The notes: generated from the sequence alone by a model not told the origin. A stretch of DNA of 56,168 bases from Candidatus Yanofskybacteria bacterium RIFCSPLOWO2_01_FULL_39_28 (GCA_001794635.1 MGKE01000001.1:1-56168); one strand, 5' to 3'; counted from the stretch's first letter, positions 45,665 through 55,600 are shown. A program made the numbers and translations.

Positions 45665-46333
45665 TTAGTCTGCTATTTTGTAACCACAACCGGAAACTGT
45701 GGATATCAATTTTTTAGAATGTGGGGTATCGATCTTCCGGCGCAGGCTTAGGATGTGAGTTTCTATGGTATTGGAAAAGGGGTCGGTATCCATATCCCAA
45801 ACATGCTCAAGTATCATGCCTCTCGATAGAACCGACCCCTTGTTGCTTAAAAGGTATTCAAGTAACATAAACTCTTTTCTTGTTAAATGAATTTCTTTTT
45901 TGCCACGCTTGACCGTATGTTTTTTAGTTTCCAAGATTAAGTCGTTGGAAGTTAGAACCTCTCCTTTAACTTGTTGTGGCCGACGTATTAGGGCTCGAAT
46001 TCTAGCCATTAATTCTTCAAAAGAAAACGGTTTAATTAAATAATCATCTGCTCCCGCATTTAATAGTTCTATTTTTGTTGTCGTATCTGTCTTAACAGAG
46101 ACAATAATGATTGGGGTATTTTTACCCTTTTTTCTTAGTTCACTACAAATTTCTAGGCCTGATTTCTTCGGCAAGATATTATCTAAAACAATCACATCAT
46201 AATCATTAACAGAAGCCAGATAGAGACCACGTTCTCCATCCTCAACCGCATCAACACTAAAAAGTTCAGCCCCCAGACTGGCTTTCAGAAAATATCTTAT
46301 TTCTTTTTCGTCTTCTACAACAAGAATGCGCAT
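45665..46333 (-). CDS. OmpR/PhoB-family response regulator
   Basis: ILVVEDE, LD (phospho-Asp), GADDYL-x-KPF, winged helix with LTRKEF and I-x-TV-x-G-x-GY. Confidence 0.95.
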   Translation of the reverse strand: MRILVVEDEKEIRYFLKASLGAELFSVDAVEDGERGLYLASVNDYDVIVLDNILPKKSGLEICSELRKKGKNTPIIIVSVKTDTTTKIELLNAGADDYLIKPFSFEELMARIRALIRRPQQVKGEVLTSNDLILETKKHTVKRGKKEIHLTRKEFMLLEYLLSNKGSVLSRGMILEHVWDMDTDPFSNTIETHILSLRRKIDTPHSKKLISTVSGCGYKIAD

Positions 46334-46560
46334 GGGAGGTTGTTTATAGGTGTATTCTAAAAGAAATAGAAATTAAGTTCAATATGACTTTAGAAAAACT
46401 TTATCTATCTTTTACTTTAGATTTAGGTCTATTGTATAAAATTATCAATAGATACTCAAACATAATATAAAAACCAAAAACCATTGCCACGATTAAAAGG
46501 AGGATACAAATCTGGGTTATTTTATGAAAGATCTAAAGTAAACTACCAACCAACACTACA

Positions 46561-47295
46561 ATGTTTCCATTATTTAAAAAATATAAATATGTTTTTCTTA
46601 TAATCCTAATTTTAATTATTTCTACAATGATCCTACTTTTTAGATATAATAAATTGACTCCTCCTCGGGATTCGTTGTCTTTCAAAGTTATCAATGCCCC
46701 AAGTTCAAGGAAATTGACTGCCGCCATCTTGCTTCTTGCGCCTGCAACGGGCAAGTTTTATATTGGCGATACTATCAGTATTTCCTTGCTTGTTAATACT
46801 CTCAACCAATCCATTAATGCCGTGGAAGGAAAAATCACTTTTCCATCAGACAAATTAGAAGTTACCAGTATATCCAAGGAAGACTCTGTGATCAGTCTTT
46901 GGGCTGAGGAGCCAGTTCCTTCTTCAAACCCTATCGCTTTTTCAGGAGGATTGCCTTCCCCTGGTTTTATTGGAACAGGGGGTAAAATTATAACCATATC
47001 ATTCATGGTAAAAAGCGACGGTAACGCGGTAATTGGCATAGAGGATGCACAAGTGCTTGCCAATGACGGATTTGCCACAAATATCTTATCCGAAATAATT
47101 CCAACTAATATATCCCTGTCAAAACCAAAAGATAAAATTGCCGATATTAATGATAATGGCAGAATTGATTTGGTGGATGTTAGTATTCTTTTAACTAACT
47201 GGGGGACTCCGAAAAATCAGAGGGCTGATTTGAATGGAGACGGCCGAGTTGATGTAAAGGATTTGAGCACTCTTTTATCTAAGTGGACGCACTAA
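46561..47295 (+). CDS. Cohesin-domain protein with C-terminal type I dockerin-like repeat
   Basis: INAVEG-x-I-x-F, FSGG-x-P-x-PG; two loops DINDNGRIDLVD and DLNGDGRVDVKD. Confidence 0.85.
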   Translation: MFPLFKKYKYVFLIILILIISTMILLFRYNKLTPPRDSLSFKVINAPSSRKLTAAILLLAPATGKFYIGDTISISLLVNTLNQSINAVEGKITFPSDKLEVTSISKEDSVISLWAEEPVPSSNPIAFSGGLPSPGFIGTGGKIITISFMVKSDGNAVIGIEDAQVLANDGFATNILSEIIPTNISLSKPKDKIADINDNGRIDLVDVSILLTNWGTPKNQRADLNGDGRVDVKDLSTLLSKWTH

Positions 47296-47307
47296 AAAAG
47301 TAATCCT

Positions 47308-47438
47308 TGGTTCCAAAGTCCATTTGCCGTCCGAGAAAAAATCCTGATAAAATCCTACCGAATCTAATCCATCAATCAAAGAAGAAAAATCTCACGAGGT
47401 AAGCAGAATTGATGGGTACGGGAAATTTGGACAAACCA
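47308..47438. repeat. About 130-bp multi-stem inverted-repeat element at the AbiEii 3' junction
   Basis: Nested pairs TGGTT/AACCA, GTCCA/TGGAC, CCGT/ACGG, CCATCAAT/ATTGATGG. Confidence 0.55.
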
Positions 47439-48028
47439 TCCAAAATATACCTGTTGTCCAACTTTTCTAATTACTCGGCCGTCAATCGCAAAACCTCTTT
47501 AAATGTCTTACCTGAACGTTGCTCAACGATTTCTTTGTTGATTGGCCAGTGGTTTTCCAAAAAGTACCAAACATCGTAAATATCCCGACTCGTCTTGCCG
47601 ATCCGCTCATGCATGGCCATCAATTTATGCGCGAACATATCTTCTTGAACCATAACCAACATAGAAATGCCCAACAAAGTCTTTAAATCATATTTCGAAC
47701 CGAACTGCCTGCGATTGACTTCGACTTTAATTTTCTGTGCGCCGGGGGTATACGAAAGAACATTCAATAAGTTGAATTTCTTAATCCTGGATTCTACCAC
47801 CGTTCCATAGCTAGCAATTATTTTTTGAATCTTCTCGAATACTTCCGTTTCTTTTTCCTCGTTCAATAAATCAAAATCCAAATCAACAGAATCACGAGTC
47901 AAACCATAGAACAATAAAGCAGCCGTACTCCCCTTGAATCCTAAATGAGGAGCAATGGAAGTATCGGAATAAATATCCTTTAAAATCTGCAATAAGATAT
48001 TTTTATGCTTTGAGTAATCTAATTTCAT
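47432..48028 (-). pseudogene. abiEii: AbiEii-family nucleotidyltransferase toxin, probably inactivated
   Basis: FKGSTAA (family GG motif altered), RDSVDLDFD, HKL, RDIYD; TAA at 47471-47473 followed in frame by LEKLDNRYILDGL. Confidence 0.75.
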
Positions 48029-48642
48029 ATTTTTTCTGGTTTAGTAGGCTGGTCGCTTTTATAGTGATCAAAATATTGCTTAACTTTCTTTTCCATCCGC
48101 TTATTGTTGTAGATCGGCAAAATCTCGAATACCTTGTCCCAATCCAAAGCATTCAAATTATCAAAATGATAATCTTTGCTCACGTAAATTCTGTCCAAGA
48201 ACGCGCGCTCTTTCGTAGCTGTAGCAATTCCGTCCGCGTGTTCAATTCCGGCCGTGTTGCTTAACACATAATCTTTCATTCGAATAAAAGAAATTTTCTG
48301 ATCATCGGCTTCAATATCACGAGTCACATATGAGGCAACGAAGACGTTGCTGTAAAACTGAAAGTTAATTCCGGCCCTTGTTAAAATAGTCTCGAAGCTG
48401 ATGTAAGAAGGAGTATAAATGCGCGTTGCCAATTCGAAACGGTTATAATTTTTATCCTTGGCATATAAGCCACGGTAAGGACGAACCAACTTTCCGGATT
48501 TAACATACTTCTTCAATCGATCAGTAACCACAGTCTTGTCATTTTCATTCCACAACAAAGCAGCATCTTTGGTTGAAAAGATGGTTTTGGAGGATCTCAA
48601 TAAAACCTCTAAATATTCGCCTTTTGTCGGTATTTTATCCAT
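48025..48642 (-). CDS. abiEi: AbiEi-family antitoxin/transcription regulator
   Basis: N-terminal wHTH-like region, GKL-x-R-x-x-RGLY, PSYISFET-x-L, AT-x-ERAFLD; 4-bp overlap with AbiEii. Confidence 0.85.
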   Translation of the reverse strand: MDKIPTKGEYLEVLLRSSKTIFSTKDAALLWNENDKTVVTDRLKKYVKSGKLVRPYRGLYAKDKNYNRFELATRIYTPSYISFETILTRAGINFQFYSNVFVASYVTRDIEADDQKISFIRMKDYVLSNTAGIEHADGIATATKERAFLDRIYVSKDYHFDNLNALDWDKVFEILPIYNNKRMEKKVKQYFDHYKSDQPTKPEKI

Positions 48643-48647
48643 ATAGT

Positions 48648-48710
48648 GACTGCAAAGGGTGTTTAAGTCCCTTTCCAGTCAATTATATGATATAATTTAT
48701 ATCAACACAA
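48648..48710 (-). promoter_or_regulatory. abiE promoter with two inverted-repeat operator candidates
   Basis: TTGTGT-17nt-TATAAT on the minus strand; IR TGATATA/TATATCA in the spacer; IR GACTGCAAAGGG/CCCTTTCCAGTC between the -10 and ATG. Confidence 0.65.
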
Positions 48711-48938
48711 GTGTAGGGTACGGTTTTTTAAGACACCTTGTCTAAAGAATTAGACAACTGTTTTTAATGATTTTAAATAATTACGCGGTGATGTTTTTAA
48801 CGCAGTATGGATTCTTTGGTTATTGTAGTGATGTATCTGCTGATAGATAGCATAGATTAATTCTCCTAAACTCTCAAATCTGTTCGAATCGCCTAAATCT
48901 ACTTTAAACCTCTAAAAACGTAGGAACTAAAAGACAAA

Positions 48939-48996
48939 AAGACGCTTTAGCGTCTTCTCGTCATACTTGGCTCCGAACTGTTGACTCCGTTTGAAC
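48939..48996 (-). other. Possible att-site/tRNA-3'-like remnant followed by a terminator hairpin
   Basis: Minus strand GTTCAAACGGAGTCAACAGTTCGGAGCCA, then AAGACGC-taaa-GCGTCTT plus T run. Confidence 0.3.
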
Positions 48997-49059
48997 ATGG
49001 ATTCGGGAGAATTATCGGACATATTATGTACCGAAGTTGGAGAGACCTAAAGAAAAATC

Positions 49060-49299
49060 CTAACCCAGCCTTCTTTTAAGCCATTTCTCTTTGAGTTGAG
49101 ACACTGAGGATTCAAGGATCTTGATATCTGCAACGAGTTCGTCTCTACCGTCTTCTGTGACAGTGCTTAATTCCCACAAATCCTTTGTTGCTTCCTCAAG
49201 TTTCCTTTTTATCGCAAGAATAAGAAAATCTCTTTCTTGAGGAGGAACAGTTTCTGCTGGAGACGGGGCTACTACTAATGGTGGTGTTTCTTTTTTCAT
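49060..49299 (-). CDS. Hypothetical protein (79 aa)
   Basis: Pro-rich N-terminus, coiled-coil-like C-terminus. Confidence 0.55.
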   Translation of the reverse strand: MKKETPPLVVAPSPAETVPPQERDFLILAIKRKLEEATKDLWELSTVTEDGRDELVADIKILESSVSQLKEKWLKRRLG

Positions 49300-49462
49300 A
49301 ATCCTATTCTATCCAAAATCTAATCCGATGTCAATTAAAAATAACCTACATAAAATCAAGATTTTTTTGCCTGCTCCCGAGCGTTGGGATAAGTTAGAAA
49401 CGCTTTAATGGCTATAACTGGCCCTTCGCCGTTTAGTTTTGTTAGGAGCTGGTAGAAGATTC

Positions 49463-50428
49463 CTATCGTATCAATTTGAACTTAATCATCTTAACTTCGG
49501 TATCCAAAGTAACTTTATCACCGTAACAGCCTCTATAATGTTTCAGCATATCATCTTGGTCTTTGTATTTTTCGTGTCCTTCAGAATCAGCATCCTTTAA
49601 TTCTCCAAGCTTTTTGATATTTATAGAAGTTATTTCAGTATTAGCGAATATTTTGTTGTTATCAGAGTTTATGAATACTAATCTATCTCCAACCGTAAGG
49701 TCTTTATCGTCAAATAGACGCCAAGTAGAAGTTTTGGAACCACCGAGTATCTTGCCAACTAGGTCATTTTTGAATTTAAGTGACTTTATGATAGGCAAAA
49801 ATGGTATAACCTGCTCCTTCTCAATGAGTTTATAGTCAGAGGCGTTTTTAGTTAAGGCATAAGATATTGCATATAGGTCTTTATTCTGTCTCCTAAGTTC
49901 TTCTAGTTGCTCCGGAGATGGTATTAGTTTTACCCCTATATAACTTATTTCCTTCTTAAAACTTTTCACTTCTTGAACGGCAGATAAAAGGTCGGAGTCG
50001 GAGCTTATTAAGTAAGCTATATCGTATTTGTTTTCTCTCGCAAACCTAATCATCTCAACCGCTATTTGCACATCTACGCCTTTTTCGTGATAGGCTCCCT
50101 TTGAATCTGGGTCTTTGAGTAACTTACCAAACTTAACCGAAATATTTTCTTTCTGTAGGTATCCAACCAACCTTTGCTGGTCAGCATACATTTTTTCTGA
50201 TTTAGCCGAATCTTTGTGGTTCTGATTCCTAAATCTTTTTACCTGTCCGACATAGTAATGTATCTCCACTATTTCAGCTTCTTCTGCCTTGAAAGAATTG
50301 CAAAAATATCGGAACCTAAAATTAATAGTGCTATACCTTTTACCATTCTCTCTAGTATAGTGGTCTGCTACACTTTTAACCCGGTAATATAGGTTATTTC
50401 CATCAATAAAAACAAAAACTCTTTTCAT
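49463..50428 (-). CDS. NYN (LabA/DUF88) ribonuclease domain fused to a C-terminal ASCH/PUA domain
   Basis: FIDGNN, EKGVDV-x-IA, SSDSDL; then LKF-x(6)-IL-x-G-x-KT-x-TWR...GD; likely start ATG 50428. Confidence 0.82.
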   Translation of the reverse strand: MKRVFVFIDGNNLYYRVKSVADHYTRENGKRYSTINFRFRYFCNSFKAEEAEIVEIHYYVGQVKRFRNQNHKDSAKSEKMYADQQRLVGYLQKENISVKFGKLLKDPDSKGAYHEKGVDVQIAVEMIRFARENKYDIAYLISSDSDLLSAVQEVKSFKKEISYIGVKLIPSPEQLEELRRQNKDLYAISYALTKNASDYKLIEKEQVIPFLPIIKSLKFKNDLVGKILGGSKTSTWRLFDDKDLTVGDRLVFINSDNNKIFANTEITSINIKKLGELKDADSEGHEKYKDQDDMLKHYRGCYGDKVTLDTEVKMIKFKLIR

Positions 50429-50599
50429 TAGAACTATTGTAAAACTAAAACCGCCATCCAGCAATGCTAGAGGGCGGTGGGATTAGTAATTCAATTGTAA
50501 GGCATTGCTTAGCTTTATGCAACAGGTGTAGTTATCAACCTCACCTTACAAGCTATATTCTATCATACCCATATTATGTGTCAAATGCCTGAACTTTAT

Positions 50600-50943
50600 A
50601 TAAAGGAGTTTTATTCTTTGCTTTCTTTTATGTTTTTACGCTTTTTATCAAGCCAGTCATCAAATATTAACTCTCCACTAGGGCATATAATCTATCTCTA
50701 ATATCGGGGATTTGTTCGTCAGAGTATTCTTCGTTGCCATCAATGAGTTCCCGGCATTGTTCAATACTAAACATCTTTTTTCTTCTAATTCCTCAAGCCA
50801 TTTTTTCTTGATTGGCCGATAGACGACATTCATCATATTCAAAAGGTTCACGCCAATTTCAAGTGCCTTTTCATCTTAAATATCCTCGTTGTATTCTTTT
50901 TTGTAGATTGCCTGAATTCTTCAATGGTCTCTTTTGATAGCAT
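50600..50943 (-). pseudogene. Two frameshifted small ORFs of integrative-element/prophage type
   Basis: MLSKETIEEF/AIYKKEYNEDI*DEKALEIGVNLLNMMNVVYRPIKK and MFSIEQCRELIDGNEEYSDEQIPDIRDRLYALVE/LIFDDWLDKK, each needing a frame change. Confidence 0.55.
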
Positions 50944-50966
50944 ATTTTACCCTACGGGGCTATTCA

Positions 50967-51335
50967 CTATTTAAATTGAGTTTGTTCCCAATCAGTAATA
51001 ACCTTTAGGGCTTCATCCTCGAACTCTTTAAAAGGGATTAACTCAATTTGTCTTATGCTGGATTTATTTAATTCAAATATATCATGTTCGCCTTCATAGT
51101 ATTTTGGTGAAACACTTTTCCTACCACAGGCAAATACAATCTTGGGAATATGTGCCCAAAATGATGCGGCAAAACACATAACACAAGGTTCTAATGATGC
51201 GTAAAGAATTGCGTCAGTTAAATCACGTTTATTAAGTTTCTTTGAAGCCCCACGAATTGCTGAAATTTCTGCATGACTAGTTGCATCACATAGCTTATTG
51301 ACAGCCAAAACCAAATTTTTGTGCAAGGGCGCCAT
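50967..51335 (-). pseudogene. Zn-dependent nucleoside deaminase (TadA/GuaD-like), N-terminally truncated
   Basis: HAE and EPC-x-x-C motifs present; usual N-terminal helix and PFGA-V strand not seen. Confidence 0.7.
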
Positions 51336-51481
51336 GAAACAAAATCTGACTATCAGAACTGAAACGAGGACACCCCAAAAAGACCATAAAACCTACATTT
51401 TCAATTTTGACTTTATCATGTTTTTGGTGTAACATGGTGTAACATTGTAGTATTCCGTTCCTTTTCATTCCTTTCATTTTC

Positions 51482-51853
51482 GTGAGTACACAACCATCGG
51501 GTATTCTTGGCGTTCTTCCTAAGAGTTATCAAACTTCAAAGAATGTCAGAAATGACGGTTCGATAAACTACATAACATGCATGTGTAAATTCAGCGACAA
51601 AGTTCCGCAAGAGCAACTGGTAGAGGTCGCAAAACAATGGGCTGAAGACCCAAAATATCTTCAACTGTACGTCAGAAAATGTTCAAAAGACCAGCAGTAT
51701 ACCATAGGCTTCATGTACGATTTCTCACATGAAGAGCCTAACGAAGGACAAAACAAGAGATTTATGGACCCAGTAATGAATATATTGAAACGACAATTCG
51801 GTAACGACTTAGTAGGTTGGGATGTTGCATCCCCGACCTGGATAATCAAATAA
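51482..51853 (+). CDS. Hypothetical protein (123 aa)
   Basis: ORF followed by a terminator. Confidence 0.65.
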   Translation: MSTQPSGILGVLPKSYQTSKNVRNDGSINYITCMCKFSDKVPQEQLVEVAKQWAEDPKYLQLYVRKCSKDQQYTIGFMYDFSHEEPNEGQNKRFMDPVMNILKRQFGNDLVGWDVASPTWIIK

Positions 51854-51886
51854 TTAAACTTTAACCAAAATGGTTAAGGATACTGA

Positions 51887-51922
51887 AGCAGAAACCACCC
51901 GGAAAGGTGGTTTTCTGTTTTT
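51887..51922 (+). terminator. Intrinsic terminator
   Basis: CAGAAACCACC-cggaaa-GGTGGTTTTCTG plus T run. Confidence 0.75.
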
Positions 51923-52263
51923 ATTAACCTGCTATACTGAAATTAAAAGTCTGGAATGTGTATTTCCATCGAAGAATCATTTCTTCTATGGTGTTCCATT
52001 CTAGAAACTTGTAGGCTCCCCGTTTGCGCGTCTAGGCTCCCAATATGGAAGTTAATATAAAAAACGGGTGGGGGGCATCATACCCCTGTCAAATATATAG
52101 TGAGTCGTACGGTAGGGTAAATTACAAGCAAGCAAATAGTTGTTTTATGTGAGTCAGGACTAATTCAGGGACAGGAAATGCTTTTGGCCAATCATATTGT
52201 TTAAATGCTCTGATATATGGGTTTAAAGCTGTCCTGCTTGGCGAGGCGGCCATTCTGGTGTGT

Positions 52264-52647
52264 TCAGACCTGAAAAACGGCTACATCTTTTGGGCTAGGG
52301 GGTGAATCGAGATCAAATTCTGATTCTTTGGGATTATTGTATGAGAAAACAAGTTGAGGCGAGTTGCCACGATTGCTTTTTATTACAACATAATCTTCTT
52401 GCGATAGCGGGTGCCTAAAAGATTTTCTGCTGACCTTTCTCCCGATATGAGACTGGACCGTGGTTTCCTGTCCCACCTCTCTTGCAAATTCTGCTCTGGT
52501 TATTAATTGTCGAACGGGAATCTGTTCGTAAGGAATCTTAAAATTAGTACCTTCTAAAGTTGCGGGTAATTCTTCGTCTATGTCCTCCCATACATTTGTC
52601 GACTTTTCTTGCCCTTGAATTGGATGTTCAAATGCTGCTTTATTCAT
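52264..52647 (-). CDS. Hypothetical protein (127 aa)
   Basis: ORF overlapping the 1105-aa gene by 8 bp. Confidence 0.65.
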   Translation of the reverse strand: MNKAAFEHPIQGQEKSTNVWEDIDEELPATLEGTNFKIPYEQIPVRQLITRAEFAREVGQETTVQSHIGRKVSRKSFRHPLSQEDYVVIKSNRGNSPQLVFSYNNPKESEFDLDSPPSPKDVAVFQV

Positions 52648-55600
52648 GGGGAACCATTATGTATTTTTTATCTTCTTTGAATTGTGAGGCTAAATAAACG
52701 TTAAGTTCGGCTGAATTCTTTTGAGGATCTCCTGGTTCCAAAGATAATATATGATCTACGATTCCATCGATGGCAGCTAATCTCTTTAAATAAACTTCTC
52801 TGGAATATGGAACACCAAGTTTTGGCTTAATCGTCCCATCTTCAGACTTCTCAAGCCCCTGAGTTGAACCATAAAAACCAGAGAAAGTATCCTCTATGAA
52901 ATGAACGGCTGGATTTCCAGGTATGCTTTTCCAGATGGGATCAATAGAACCGGTACCCTTTTTAACATCTGATAAATATCCTTCTATACCCTCGTCACGA
53001 GAAGCAGATATTAAATATAAGCTATTCACCTTTTTCTGAGGATATAATTCCTGCAAAGATTGGTGTATGGCACCAAACATTCCAACATCAACAGTTAACA
53101 AATCTTCGCCATCATCCTCCACGCCTAATTGCGAGAGATATTGTTTAAGAGTTGTTTCATCTTCCTGCCAGGTTATATTGCGAGAGAGATGAGCATATTT
53201 CAATTGATCTTCTGTTATTCCTGGGAATTTTCCTTGTCTAACCAACATCCTGGCAGCAATCCAAGGAGCAAGTCCGTCACGGGCAAGAAACAAAACTTTC
53301 TGTCCTGGTTTGGCTCTTTCCAAACACCATCGGGCAAAATCTAAAACTACTGGAGCAACCTTATCTCGTGATACCTCATATAAACGCATGGCGTCTTTAA
53401 GAATTTCACCCTGCTTTTCTTTGCTTATATCGTCAAGGTGCTTCTCCATAAATGATGTGAGTTTTCCTTCTACACGAGTATCTAATGCTGTCCTAGTCAT
53501 CCATTCGTTATCTTCTGAATTTTCTTCGGATTCTTTCTCAACATCAAGCAGAATATCATCCACTGTTTTTTCTGGTAATTGGTCGGATATAAGTCCCTTT
53601 TCTTTTAATCTTTTTAACGTTTCTGGCGATATTTTTAGTTCGGCTGGAAGATGGTCATAATCTAACTTGGGAACAAAATTACGAAAAGATACATGTTCAA
53701 CCACCCAGGCCCGAAGTTGTTCCTTAACGGGATTAGGATTAATTGCTGGATATACTTTTCCATTCTCATCTAGAACTAAATGATCTGGCCTATCTATACT
53801 CTTTGGTCTATCCTCTATGGTCTGTGCAGCATTTGAGCCATGCCTCCTAGCAATCTGCGCTCTACCTGGATGCGAGGAAGATAGAAGTTTGATTTTACTA
53901 TTAACCTCATCATGGGATAAATGAGTATTATCAGCATCAGCCAAGGCCCTAATCGCAAATTCGGGAATAGTTCCACTAAAACCAGTATCTATAAAGTTAA
54001 AATCCAAAGTAACACCATTCTGATGCAAATATTTCGTTGCCATATCTTTTCTTCGTTGATCGTGATGGCCCACCATTGATGATGTAATCACAACATATTT
54101 TTGAACCGATCTTCTCTGCCCAAATTCAGAGGCTTTTAGAGCAGTAAAAAAATACCTGCCATCCCTGCCAAAAACAACATTTCGTTTAGAATCAAAATCT
54201 TTAACGAGTGATTCTCTGGCCTCCCAATATACAGGCACATCTGATTGTTCAACCTTTTTGTAAAGTTCAATTCCTCTTTTATATTCCTCGATTATACTTT
54301 TTAATCTACCAAAAGACGGCCCGCTAACAGGCACTATCTTTTCGTCTTCAGTACCCACATTCTCAATTTTTAATTGAATAGACTGAAGGTTGTGATGGAG
54401 ATCGTTGGCGATATACCATTTGATTTTTTCAGCAAGTAAGTCTCGAAAATCAGCAACCTCACGGACTCTCTTGGTAGAAGGATGGGTAATAAGAAAAGAT
54501 TGAGCACTTTCTGGAATTTCTGGTGGCGGGGTTACAGCCACTTGTTCCGAAAGAAAAACCTGAAGTTGACCTAATTGATCCGTTAAAGACAATAGAAAAC
54601 TGATTTGAGTCGGATCATCAAATTTTTCTGCGCAACTACCTATAAAATCTTTGGCCCTATCGATTTCTGATATGGCATCATCAACTCTTCTTTCAAGAAT
54701 TCCCAGTGATAGACCTCTGGCAAAAGCCACTGCGACTACTTGATATGCCTCCTCAACTTCTTTCAAGGTTGGCAATTCTTCGCCTTCTTTTCTTATATTT
54801 TTTTCGTCAATAACTCCATTTAAAATGCCAAGATAGTGGTCTGGGCTAGAAACTCCAATACCTAAAGTGGCTGTCATACCATCCAAATAATTACCAGTTG
54901 TCATGCCTATTGGCTTTTCGGCCTTCGGCTTGAATCGTCCATATAGATTTAAAAGTCTGCCTCGTTCCCACCTGATTGCATTATCATCTAGCAATGATTC
55001 TGTATGACTGACTTTTTCTTTAGGTTTAGATATGGCTTCTTTAGTTTTATTAGTTTCAGATATGTAGGGCCCTGGAATAATCCAATCATCATTTTCATTC
55101 TTATCTAGATCTTTGAACGGAGAGCCAAACATGTCAGGACTCATTTTATGTTTTTTTGGCGGAGGTGGATTCTTCTCAAATTCTTCTAACTCGGTTTCCA
55201 GGGTCGCAAGGCGTTCATTTTCTGTTACCAAATCAAACTCTTCTACTCTATGACTGCCAAATAAATAAAATTTTATGGAACCATTTTTAATTTTTGCCTT
55301 AATTTTATTCTTTTCTAGCCAACCTTTTAAGGTATTATCCGCTTCAGCAAGACTATCGAGAATATCACAGGTTTTATCTGCTCCTATAATATTTATCATC
55401 GCACTGATAGCGTTATCAAGGTCTGAATCTATATGACTTTTTCGTTTATACTCTGGAGACAAAACATGGTCTATGTATTTTATTATTGTAGCAACACAAT
55501 CCTGGCTTTTTGACTCTCCCATGGCCTGTAAAAGATTATGCATAAGACTTCCGTCTGAATTGGTCCAGACAGCTTCATGATCAAGTATTTCGCTTAAGAA

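Noticed and set aside
47471-47473. Alternative genetic code (code 25) explaining internal stops
   Set aside because: The disrupting stops are TAA, not TGA, and core genes read cleanly in code 11.
48880-48900. GTTCGAATC as a tRNA T-loop
   Set aside because: No 5-bp T stem, acceptor stem or anticodon arm can be formed.
51295-51477. 60-aa ORF as the frameshifted N-terminus of the deaminase
   Set aside because: No recognisable deaminase N-terminal motif in this frame.
52014-52045. AGGCTCCC direct repeat as a second att site
   Set aside because: Only 8 bp, and it does not match the 48968 stub beyond GGCTCC.
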